From Hydrurus foetidus (lineage: Eukaryota), in assembly GCA_900617105.1 (NCBI GenBank), contig UYFQ01000732.1:124001-188000 (forward strand): DNA of 64,000 bases, in the 5' to 3' direction. The notes beneath the pieces were generated by a model that did not search any database, was not told the DNA's origin, and saw only the letters and a list, made by a program, of their open reading frames with translations. How positions within the stretch are numbered: position 1 is the stretch's first letter; each line of letters opens with the position of its first letter. This document shows positions 40,201 through 47,703 of the stretch, piece by piece. The position numbers and the translations under genes are program-made.

Positions 40201-41012
40201 GGCTGCACGGTCACATTCAAGCCTTTGAAGAAATCGCCCAAACTGATTTTTACCTCGCCATCAATTTGCGTTACACGAGTATTCTTCATTAACTCTGCAC
40301 TTGTGTAACGGACGGCATCTAAAGTAGCTTTTTCAGCAGCGGGAAGCCCACCATTGGCTAAAGCCGAGTCCCAAATTTTTACGAAGACCTCCTTTGGAAC
40401 ATCATTAATGTGGGTGACGTCTAAGTCATTCAAAAGAGTCGGTATTTCGGTTACCGCCAATACAGTTCCCGTCTTCCCAGAAGGAGCCATGATCCTGACG
40501 TTGCCAGTGGATTCCTTCATCATGTTTTCAGACACAAAGTCATCCAACGAGACGACGTCGTCAATGCCGAATTTAGATACGCGTTGCGTCTTGTCAGAAG
40601 AGGAGTATTGGCCACTTATAATTTGCGCCGCTCTATCCTGAGCATTGGTGCCGCCAATTGTGTTCTGAAGTGCGGGTACGAATTCCTTCGTATCGCTCAA
40701 AAGCCGGCCTGCTTCCGTATCGCTGATATAAAAGATATGCCCTTCGCTTGTTGCGCTTATGATTTTCGCCACCTTATATGCAGGGACCCCATTGGGATCA
40801 ATGCCTGCGCTGTAACCCATTGGATTAGCATCTGCAGCCCATGTGAGTACACCATTAGGATCACTAGGCCTGAACGAAAGTTGTTTCACTTCATTTTGCA
40901 AGTCCAGAGCAAGTTGTCTCAACTCCACATCAGTCAATGCGCGCGTGTTGTCGTTAATGTTTTGGCTAGATCGCCATTCATTGAGAAACTCTAGGATTGT
41001 TTGTTGGCTCAT
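34230..41012 (-). CDS. Large RTX protein (2260 aa), T1SS substrate: unknown N-terminal domain, LysM-like segment, poly-Ala/Pro-Gly linker, FrpC-type self-processing module, GGxGxD repeats, VCBS repeats, cadherin-like domain
   Basis: Many GGxGxD nonapeptides; three GxYGxLxLxAxGxYxY VCBS units; LPSWLSFNATTRTFSG; C-terminal VQNLVNAMAAFAPP...AANWH secretion-signal-like tail. Confidence 0.92.
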   Translation of the reverse strand: MSQQTILEFLNEWRSSQNINDNTRALTDVELRQLALDLQNEVKQLSFRPSDPNGVLTWAADANPMGYSAGIDPNGVPAYKVAKIISATSEGHIFYISDTEAGRLLSDTKEFVPALQNTIGGTNAQDRAAQIISGQYSSSDKTQRVSKFGIDDVVSLDDFVSENMMKESTGNVRIMAPSGKTGTVLAVTEIPTLLNDLDVTHINDVPKEVFVKIWDSALANGGLPAAEKATLDAVRYTSAELMKNTRVTQIDGEVKISLGDFFKGLNVTVQPMPPELASTKSYGELFASIGTIDPAEVDAWGRGANNIAVAETALSGQNVVKYGGRLLGVGGAILLGADTYYTARQIDEYINSGNIAAAKTTAQDFVVRNGGGLAGAWAAGEAAAGVLSPLLEAGPVGGAVYLTLVTSASVVGYHYGAETVKNILYGNFSGPGVTSDPMGGADFSAAIVDAASQVTNKLNDAANTIAYNFPDISGGGRGNVNPPSVVPDPLRPASINFVGISSTDSRVAYLKPPIADASGQLRYAGLSDIVAVERSKGNLISVLDIVTNNTWITNPDKAPVNQGIAIPQRQGNVLNLYLGAGISVATNSATNESTYTAPQNDGSGIVTSYARVNDENGLGGEGFSTVVTQTRYGQVIYQATAHQEIVGGPVDSWVAKTLATGEDGKSYYAYTDLLRPNPKQDVVVSGVNDDTPNVGAFEELVSELSKEREAAALKADAAKADNGGSPAFTSSTSSSVTVQNGVVKVAYGYESGASMIETKDVDGKLTFTGHMAGDSLGTIRTVWTTADGKPLTTSDGQPVFAGAFGTNAGTVAANAASDKAAAQASALAKLAKAVAEAAPGSENEAAQQVVEKLTADANAAAILAVVTKEDAVKAGTEEARVVAAAAAVAAAAAAAAAAAAAAAAAAAAAAAAAEAAAGSGSGHGGTTNPGNPPSGPIGSEYPNPVSEPPGGYGPSGLGPVLIDMDGNGVNIISRQASNVYFDTNGDGLLHHTGWVGPHDAMVVEDLNGDGKITYGAEIAFASRTAATDTDLQALMTLHDTNGDGQITADDVGFENLKLWVDANSNGISDAGELQTFAQAGLTSLSGTRRLVNYAGGEVEISAMSTATFDANGQSVTHAVADVSFNVDLNGYQAVNTNPDGSTTVKLVDGRVFLLAGNQQPLNVTLSAVQDGAIGGDGADIISASHAGWINGGAGDDTITGSSQNDWLRGGAGKDVLMGGDGNDTLVIDAQDDPLAIQGGKGFDVVLVEGAAGVTLDLAQSTVEAAYGGDGNDTFTTSGPGKVILSGGAGNDFLMGNLGDDFLDGGTGADVMLGAEGNDTYIVDNAADFVVEGEGQGFDSVQTSVSFRLNANIEKLIATGSAALTLTGNNTGAELIANNAGNTLIGGAGVDTLTGGTGFDTLQGGAGNDTYVLQLGGGRDTVLDSAGAADRVLVRGNLSAADLELTRHNQDVIVTIKGTTDALVLQNWFTDTWGQISPNAIESIQFENGSTAIDAHFIQILLDNRAPTAAADTGTAVEDAIAPGIGNVLTNDTDPDLPIDNRQHLTVANVGTFSGAYGQLQLNADGSYSYAVNNSLNAVQALGRNGTLTDTFSYTVQDNAVDNKTATSTLTITIQGTNDGPQARGDVAQVTEDTAISATGNVLGNDTDIDIGDTLSVATAGVMHGTYGDLTLQADGSYRYDLSNAQANVQTLHEGQQVVDSFSYTATDGLATSNATLNVTVTGTNDAPVAFADSGAVQEDATAPSTGNVLTNDVDLDQGTVLKVANVGTFAGQYGTLTLNANGAYSYVLNNALASVQSLGVGQTVIDQFNCTVQDDGLQPLTANSKLSITITGTNDAPTLASAIASQAAREKQAFSFTVPVNTFADVDNGDVLSYSALAVNAAGTTQALPSWLSFNATTRTFSGAPGSADGGSFDFQVTATDRSGASVSTRFTVDIADEFAGTGNNLNVITGSWTNDTLNGTRRSETLIGNGGTDKLLAGEGDNTVISTGGDTYVTAGSGNDVITTSYGNDTIYAGDGNNRINAGGGNNIIVAGKGDDHITTDWGFSTINAGEGNNTVVATGANTVVTTGSGEDVITTSYGNDVVNSGAGNDIISTGWGSDTINAGAGDDTINAGGGGDSVRGGKGNDTIVSTNWSDDKYWFAAGDGHDTLTDVGGNDVLTLEGINANQLWFTHTGNDLNVNVIGTTDGVTIKNWYVGAQYPGSQYHVEQFKTSDGKVLLDSQVQNLVNAMAAFAPPAAGQTTLTGTAATTLTPVIAANWH
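38275..38348. repeat. 27-bp tandem repeat (~2.7 copies) encoding a poly-alanine tract
   Basis: Unit GCAGCTGCAGCTGCGGCTGCTGCAGCA at 38275, 38302 and partially 38329. Confidence 0.85.
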
Positions 41013-41022
41013 CTTTGTTGAC

Positions 41023-41469
41023 TCAAATAAAATTAATCGAAGATAGGGTAACGTTCACTGCGAGAATTTTTTTTTCGTACTTTTCCCAAGTACCTTGCCA
41101 ATCTGCAAACAATGCTCTAGGTATTTCTTGTTGAATTTCCCGTTGCTTTATTTTTAAAACGCTAGGAGCGTATATGGAAGTTGCCTCTTGCGTAATAGTC
41201 AACTCATCATTCTTACTTCCTGTAATTTGAATGGTGTATCTTGATTCAAACCGAATAATTTCCTTGTGCCACGATAGTAAGTAGAACGTTGGTGGATGAT
41301 CAGAATCTGCCGGTGAATCACCACGCCCCCCCAAGCACACAAGCTGAATGTTATTTTCGTGATCATTGCACCAATGTCTCGGTCTGCCAGACAAATAGGG
41401 CCCACTAGGACGAAGGCGAAGTAATTCTTTCCATGACTCATCGCTTAGCGCTTCATATACATAAGCCAT
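41023..41469 (-). CDS. Hypothetical 148-aa AT-rich protein immediately upstream of the RTX gene (immunity-like)
   Basis: RBS GAGGAAG; 10-bp gap to RTX start; low GC like the RTX 5' region. Confidence 0.65.
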   Translation of the reverse strand: MAYVYEALSDESWKELLRLRPSGPYLSGRPRHWCNDHENNIQLVCLGGRGDSPADSDHPPTFYLLSWHKEIIRFESRYTIQITGSKNDELTITQEATSIYAPSVLKIKQREIQQEIPRALFADWQGTWEKYEKKILAVNVTLSSINFI

Positions 41470-41568
41470 TATGTTTCTTCCTCATAAATTACTTTCTAAT
41501 ATTTTTTCAAAAAACGATTTATCAGCTACTTTGAATATGATAGAGTCAATTTTAATTAATACTTTCAA

Positions 41569-43268
41569 CCTGAATCCGTGACTTCGCAGTTGAAATATGT
41601 TGATTTCCCTATTGAAATCAACGACTTAGCCTGCATGTAAGATTCACCCCGTAGGTGAACCCGAACATGACCGACTTCATTATTAAAAAACTGCCCTACG
41701 ATCTCAGTTCCCATGCCGGACTGGCTTTTATCGGCAAATACCTCAAGCGCGTTAACGTCAATTCCTTGATTGATCCGAAGTTCCCCGTGCGCTCGGGTGC
41801 ATCCAACAGCGATATTCTCAAATCCTATCTTGCCCTGCTGTGCTTGGGTAAGAGCGACTTCGATGCGATTGAGAGCTTTCGGGGCAACGCTTTCTTCATG
41901 CGCGCACTCGGTCTGGGTGTGGTGCCATCGAGCCCCACGCTGCGCCAACGCATGGACACCCATGCTGCCTCTTGGTTCGATCTCGCGCCCCAAATGAACC
42001 AACTGCTGCTGAGCAGCCGCATCAATGGGCAGCCAATAGATTTCGGTGCATTGTCCTGTGGTTACACACCGGTGGATCTGGATACCTTTGCCATGGACAA
42101 CGGTGGCACCAAGAAGGAACTGGTTGGGCGCACTTACGCCGGCGTTGATGGCTACTGCCCGTTTGCTGTGTACTTGGGAAGCCTGGGCTATTGCCTGGAA
42201 TTGGCATTGCGCCCTGGTGTGCAACATTCGGCATCCGAGAGCGAATACAACTTTGAGCGGGCATTGCCGATGGCCGCCGCGCTGGTGTCCACGCCATTGT
42301 TGGTGCGCGCAGACTCGGGCTTTTGTTCGGCCAAGCTGATGCAAGAAGTCACCTCGCACGCAGCCACCCTGCAGCGCGAGATTGCATTCCTCATCAAGTG
42401 GAACCCGCGCAACTCGCCGGTGGAAACTATCGCGGCCAACAGAGTGGCTGAGGCCAGCACGCAGTGGGTGAGCGCGCGCGCGGGTAAGCGCGAATGCCTC
42501 TGGCAAGAAGGCTTGAAGTTGGCCGGTGTGGGCAGCCAGTTCAATCCGGTGCGCAGGGTCTATCGGCTCACCGAGCGCACCATCGACAAGTATGGCAACA
42601 CCTTGCTGTTGCCCGAGTATGTGTTGGAGGGCTGGACGACTACGCTGCCCGAAAAGTTCACCTGCGAAGAGGTGATTGCGCTGTACTGCGATCACGCAAC
42701 ACATGAGCAGTTCCATTCGGAGTTCAAGTCCGATATGGATTTGGAGCGGCTGCCTTCTGGCAAGTTCGACACCAACTATTTGGTGTGCCAACTTGCTGCT
42801 GTGGCGATGAACTTGTTGCGCTTGATTGGACAAAACACCTTGAACGAGCCTGATGCACCGGTGCGCCACAAAGCCAAACGTCGGCGTATCAAGACGGTGA
42901 TGCAGGAGCTGATGTTCAAGGCCGCGCGGATGATTACGCATGCCGGGCGCTGGGTATTGGGTCTGGGCCAGAGTGACCCCGCCTTTGCGGTGTTTGAGCG
43001 CCATTACGGGCAACTCAACACCGCGTAAATACGCGCCAGCGCCAACACAATCGCGCAGACTGAAATCAATAGCAACCGCCGGTGTCGGGCAGGAGCAGTC
43101 ACGGTCAAAAATCGCCAAGCCATTACAAAATCCCAGGCGACATCCATGCCAATGCGCTGACTTGCCGGTGGATTCGGCATTGATGTGTGGGTTCACGAGA
43201 TATTGCGCAATTGTTGGGAGGATTCAGGCGGAAATACTGGCAGGGCAACTTCAGGTCACGGATTCAGG
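41569..43268 (+). mobile_element. IS1380-family insertion sequence, copy 1 (1700 bp)
   Basis: Terminal inverted repeats CCTGAATCCGTGAC; 5-bp target duplication TTCAA (41564-41568, 43269-43273). Confidence 0.93.
41655..43028 (+). CDS. IS1380-family DDE transposase
   Basis: SSHAGL, VDLD, LVRADSGF, HATHEQFHSEFKSD..LERLPSGKF. Confidence 0.92.
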   Translation: MNPNMTDFIIKKLPYDLSSHAGLAFIGKYLKRVNVNSLIDPKFPVRSGASNSDILKSYLALLCLGKSDFDAIESFRGNAFFMRALGLGVVPSSPTLRQRMDTHAASWFDLAPQMNQLLLSSRINGQPIDFGALSCGYTPVDLDTFAMDNGGTKKELVGRTYAGVDGYCPFAVYLGSLGYCLELALRPGVQHSASESEYNFERALPMAAALVSTPLLVRADSGFCSAKLMQEVTSHAATLQREIAFLIKWNPRNSPVETIAANRVAEASTQWVSARAGKRECLWQEGLKLAGVGSQFNPVRRVYRLTERTIDKYGNTLLLPEYVLEGWTTTLPEKFTCEEVIALYCDHATHEQFHSEFKSDMDLERLPSGKFDTNYLVCQLAAVAMNLLRLIGQNTLNEPDAPVRHKAKRRRIKTVMQELMFKAARMITHAGRWVLGLGQSDPAFAVFERHYGQLNTA

Positions 43269-43357
43269 TTCAACTAAAAAAAATGATATTCAACCCTAAA
43301 TATAGGAAAAGTGGAGAGCCAGAGAATCGAAAGCAGATTGATATTTGTCATATTCAA

Positions 43358-43519
43358 TCACCTTTCCCTCAAACTCTCACTACCCGCCCGCTGCACCGGC
43401 TATAGCAGAAACTCAATAATCCGCCGTTTGCCGGTTTTAATCTCCGCCGTCACATTTATCCCCGGACTGATAGCAATCTGTTTCCCATCAATCAGCATGT
43501 CTTTTTTTCTCCAAGGTCA
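43358..43519 (-). pseudogene. Orphan 3' fragment of hlyD (third copy)
   Basis: Matches the last ~54 codons of both hlyD genes (..ISPGINVTAEIKTGKRRIIEFLL*PVQRAGSESLRER); internal TAG at 43400-43402. Confidence 0.88.
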
Positions 43520-43662
43520 CTCTGCCTCAACCATTTCGTCATAATCCATTTTTCACCACTCTCAGGTGATGCCCCACCGTGCAATGTCATGCGATCAAGT
43601 TCATTGTCGGCATTGGCGTATGAGAAGTACAAAACGTTGCCTTGCACTGGTTTAATCTTCAA

Positions 43663-45362
43663 CCTGAATCCGTGACTTCGCAGTTGAAATATGTTGATTT
43701 CCCTATTGAAATCAACGACTTAGCCTGCATGTAAGATTCACCCCGTAGGTGAACCCGAACATGACCGACTTCATTATTAAAAAACTGCCCTACGATCTCA
43801 GTTCCCATGCCGGACTGGCTTTTATCGGCAAATACCTCAAGCGCGTTAACGTCAATTCCTTGATTGATCCGAAGTTCCCCGTGCGCTCGGGTGCATCCAA
43901 CAGCGATATTCTCAAATCCTATCTTGCCCTGCTGTGCTTGGGTAAGAGCGACTTCGATGCGATTGAGAGCTTTCGGGGCAACGCTTTCTTCATGCGCGCA
44001 CTCGGTCTGGGTGTGGTGCCATCGAGCCCCACGCTGCGCCAACGCATGGACACCCATGCTGCCTCTTGGTTCGATCTCGCGCCCCAAATGAACCAACTGC
44101 TGCTGAGCAGCCGCATCAATGGGCAGCCAATAGATTTCGGTGCATTGTCCTGTGGTTACACACCGGTGGATCTGGATACCTTTGCCATGGACAACGGTGG
44201 CACCAAGAAGGAACTGGTTGGGCGCACTTACGCCGGCGTTGATGGCTACTGCCCGTTTGCTGTGTACTTGGGAAGCCTGGGCTATTGCCTGGAATTGGCA
44301 TTGCGCCCTGGTGTGCAACATTCGGCATCCGAGAGCGAATACAACTTTGAGCGGGCATTGCCGATGGCCGCCGCGCTGGTGTCCACGCCATTGTTGGTGC
44401 GCGCAGACTCGGGCTTTTGTTCGGCCAAGCTGATGCAAGAAGTCACCTCGCACGCAGCCACCCTGCAGCGCGAGATTGCATTCCTCATCAAGTGGAACCC
44501 GCGCAACTCGCCGGTGGAAACTATCGCGGCCAACAGAGTGGCTGAGGCCAGCACGCAGTGGGTGAGCGCGCGCGCGGGTAAGCGCGAATGCCTCTGGCAA
44601 GAAGGCTTGAAGTTGGCCGGTGTGGGCAGCCAGTTCAATCCGGTGCGCAGGGTCTATCGGCTCACCGAGCGCACCATCGACAAGTATGGCAACACCTTGC
44701 TGTTGCCCGAGTATGTGTTGGAGGGCTGGACGACTACGCTGCCCGAAAAGTTCACCTGCGAAGAGGTGATTGCGCTGTACTGCGATCACGCAACACATGA
44801 GCAGTTCCATTCGGAGTTCAAGTCCGATATGGATTTGGAGCGGCTGCCTTCTGGCAAGTTCGACACCAACTATTTGGTGTGCCAACTTGCTGCTGTGGCG
44901 ATGAACTTGTTGCGCTTGATTGGACAAAACACCTTGAACGAGCCTGATGCACCGGTGCGCCACAAAGCCAAACGTCGGCGTATCAAGACGGTGATGCAGG
45001 AGCTGATGTTCAAGGCCGCGCGGATGATTACGCATGCCGGGCGCTGGGTATTGGGTCTGGGCCAGAGTGACCCCGCCTTTGCGGTGTTTGAGCGCCATTA
45101 CGGGCAACTCAACACCGCGTAAATACGCGCCAGCGCCAACACAATCGCGCAGACTGAAATCAATAGCAACCGCCGGTGTCGGGCAGGAGCAGTCACGGTC
45201 AAAAATCGCCAAGCCATTACAAAATCCCAGGCGACATCCATGCCAATGCGCTGACTTGCCGGTGGATTCGGCATTGATGTGTGGGTTCACGAGATATTGC
45301 GCAATTGTTGGGAGGATTCAGGCGGAAATACTGGCAGGGTAACTTCAGGTCACGGATTCAGG
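43663..45362 (+). mobile_element. IS1380-family insertion sequence, copy 2 (1700 bp)
   Basis: Same ends and TTCAA duplication (43658-43662, 45363-45367); transposase identical to copy 1. Confidence 0.93.
43749..45122 (+). CDS. IS1380-family DDE transposase
   Basis: Identical translation to 41655-43028. Confidence 0.92.
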   Translation: MNPNMTDFIIKKLPYDLSSHAGLAFIGKYLKRVNVNSLIDPKFPVRSGASNSDILKSYLALLCLGKSDFDAIESFRGNAFFMRALGLGVVPSSPTLRQRMDTHAASWFDLAPQMNQLLLSSRINGQPIDFGALSCGYTPVDLDTFAMDNGGTKKELVGRTYAGVDGYCPFAVYLGSLGYCLELALRPGVQHSASESEYNFERALPMAAALVSTPLLVRADSGFCSAKLMQEVTSHAATLQREIAFLIKWNPRNSPVETIAANRVAEASTQWVSARAGKRECLWQEGLKLAGVGSQFNPVRRVYRLTERTIDKYGNTLLLPEYVLEGWTTTLPEKFTCEEVIALYCDHATHEQFHSEFKSDMDLERLPSGKFDTNYLVCQLAAVAMNLLRLIGQNTLNEPDAPVRHKAKRRRIKTVMQELMFKAARMITHAGRWVLGLGQSDPAFAVFERHYGQLNTA

Positions 45363-46227
45363 TTCAAGTTAAGTTTCTGAAAATAGGTTTCTCCTCCGTC
45401 GTCAACCGTATTCAAATAGACGATCAACGTCGCCACACGCTGCCCACCATTTCTCATGGGCAAGCGGCTTGTCGGGTTTTCCGGTGCAAAGAAGTCAAAG
45501 TGAGGTCGGTATTCACCCCCACGCTGGTACTGCAATACCTGCATTCCCTCCCCGTTTTCAACAGGCCATTGGGCCAAATCGGAGAGACGCTTTTCTATAC
45601 GTTGAATCAACTCGTTCTCGCCGCGCGCAAAGCACATACCCTGGCTACTACGGAAGTCTTTGACGACGAGTTGTGCCGTCGCTTGGTCATGCGTCTGGGA
45701 GGGGACCATCTTGGGTTGGCTCAGCGCAATAAGACTTTCACATTCCTCTTTGGTTAGAACGTTGCCAAACACCGTGATGCGCGGCTGGGCCATTTCCATC
45801 AGAATGGGAATGCTTCGTCCTTCTAGACTGATTGCTCCTGTTCGAGGGGTTGGAGCTGTCGCGTAGTTGTAGCCTTGCGACTCACTTTTGAATCGTAATC
45901 CTTTGATTCTTTGCGCCCATGCGGCCTTGATTTCTCGCGAAGTTGCGTCAATCAAGGTTTGCTCTAGAACGCCTTTTTGGATGTTGCGGACGACCCACTC
46001 CTGCCAATCGCCCGTCAAATGGTCTGGGTCTGGAAAAACAGCATTGGAAGGCTCAGGCGGCTGACTGCGGAGTTTCTCGATGCATGCACTCACCACATCT
46101 GCATCGAAATCGCGTTCGACCATCACGCCAATCAAGGTTGAGGAAGGGACATTGCGTGCGAGGTTGTCCTTAAGCCAGCCTCGCCAGTTTTCATTAATCA
46201 CCTTTGGGGTTTGGGTCGCGTCCGCCA

Positions 46228-47703
46228 TCACCGCTCCCTCAAACTCTCACTACCCGCCCGCTGCACCGGCGAGAGCAGAAACTCAATAATCCGCCGCTTG
46301 CCGGTTTTAATCTCGGCAGTGACGTTCATCCCCGGACTGATAGGAATGTATTTCCCGTCAATCAGCATGTCCTTCTTCTCCAAGGTCAGGGTCGCCGGGT
46401 AGTAGCTCCCTTTCTTCTCATCCGTCACCGCATCCGCTGACACGTTGTCCACGGTGGCCTTGACCGTGCCGTACTTGGTGAAGCTGAAGGTCTCCAGCTT
46501 GATCTCCGCCCCTTGGCCTCCGTTGACGAAGCCAATGTCCTGATTGGCAATGGACACCTCCGCCGTCACCTGGTTGGAATCGGGCACCACTACCATCAGG
46601 GCCTGGGCACTGGTGACGACGCCTCCTACGGAGTGAATTGCCAGTTGCTGGATGACTCCGGAGACAGGCGCTCTGAGCTGGGTCTGCTTTTGTCGCTGGT
46701 CGGCCTTGGAGTTGTCGGCACTGAGCTGGATGCGTTTGGTGTTTGCCTGGGCGTAGCGGTCTGCCAGTTGGCGCTGGGTTTCTGCCTTGTAGGCGCTCTT
46801 GGACTGTTCGGTCTCGGTTGCGGTAGCCAGTGCTTCTGCCAGTTTGGCTTTCTGGGTGGCCAGATCTCGTTCCAGTTCCACCCGCTCCCGGGTCTTGTCC
46901 TGGGTGGCGTGGCTGGAGATAAAGCCCTGGTCCACCAGCTTGGTGAAGTCAGCTTCCCGGCTTTGGGCCATGGGTAATGTTGCTTCCAGTTTGGCAATGC
47001 TGGCCTTGACGGTGGCGATCTCGGCCTGGCGGCGGTTGCTCTCCGCATCGAGCTTGGAGAGCTTGGCGCTGATGTCTTGCCATTCGGCTTGCAGTTGGGC
47101 GCGTATGGACTGCCCTTCGACAAGCTCAGGACGAGCGGTTTTTGCTTCTAGCCCAGGCAGTACTTGCGTTAGCTGCTTCTCTTTTGATAGCAGTTGCAGC
47201 AGGGCCTGGGTGCGCTGTTCTTCTCTGTGGGCGGCTTTGAGCTGCTCCTGCAGGCTGCTTTGGTCGGCACTGGCCATGGTGGGGTCCAGCTCGACCAGGA
47301 CTTGACCTGCTTGGACTTTGTCACCGTCTTTGACCAGAACAGCTTTAACGACACTGGCTTCCAGGGGTTGGATGACCTTGGTGCGGTCGCTGACGATGAT
47401 GCGGCCCGGAGCAACCGCCACGATGTCCACCTCCCCGAAGATGGACCAGACCAAGGCCAGCACAAACAGAACCATCAGGCCCCAGGCCAGGCGTCGTGGT
47501 GCCGGATGTACCGGGGTTTCTTGCAGGCTGAGTGCTGCGGGCAGAAAGGCCATCTCATCGGCCATGCGGGCGGGACCGGCCAGTTCAGCGCGGTGGGCCC
47601 AGGCGGCTTGGAAGATGGCTTTGTAGCGGGAGAGTAGTTCCAGGATGGGGTGCTTGGGTGGGTGCCCTTCGACAAGCTCAGGGCGAACGGTAGTAGTGGT
47701 CAC
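46228..47703 (-). CDS. hlyD: HlyD-family T1SS membrane fusion protein
   Basis: FLPAALSLQETP, VKDGDKVQAGQVL, APVSGVIQQL, ISPGMNVTAEIKTGKRRIIEFLLSP. Confidence 0.95.
   Translation of the reverse strand: MTTTTVRPELVEGHPPKHPILELLSRYKAIFQAAWAHRAELAGPARMADEMAFLPAALSLQETPVHPAPRRLAWGLMVLFVLALVWSIFGEVDIVAVAPGRIIVSDRTKVIQPLEASVVKAVLVKDGDKVQAGQVLVELDPTMASADQSSLQEQLKAAHREEQRTQALLQLLSKEKQLTQVLPGLEAKTARPELVEGQSIRAQLQAEWQDISAKLSKLDAESNRRQAEIATVKASIAKLEATLPMAQSREADFTKLVDQGFISSHATQDKTRERVELERDLATQKAKLAEALATATETEQSKSAYKAETQRQLADRYAQANTKRIQLSADNSKADQRQKQTQLRAPVSGVIQQLAIHSVGGVVTSAQALMVVVPDSNQVTAEVSIANQDIGFVNGGQGAEIKLETFSFTKYGTVKATVDNVSADAVTDEKKGSYYPATLTLEKKDMLIDGKYIPISPGMNVTAEIKTGKRRIIEFLLSPVQRAGSESLRER

Larger units (their letters stand above)
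43492..46231 (-). pseudogene. Prolyl-4-hydroxylase-like 2OG-Fe(II) oxygenase, copy 2, split by IS1380
   Basis: Removing the IS and one TTCAA restores ..QKLNL|KIKPVQGNVLYFSYANADNELDRMTLHGGASPESGEKWIMTKWLRQ..; C-terminal piece at 43492-43662. Confidence 0.9.

Noticed and set aside
41565..43196. 543-aa antisense ORF spanning IS1380 (and its twin at 43659-45290)
   Set aside because: Shadow of the transposase on the opposite strand; no recognisable motifs or RBS.
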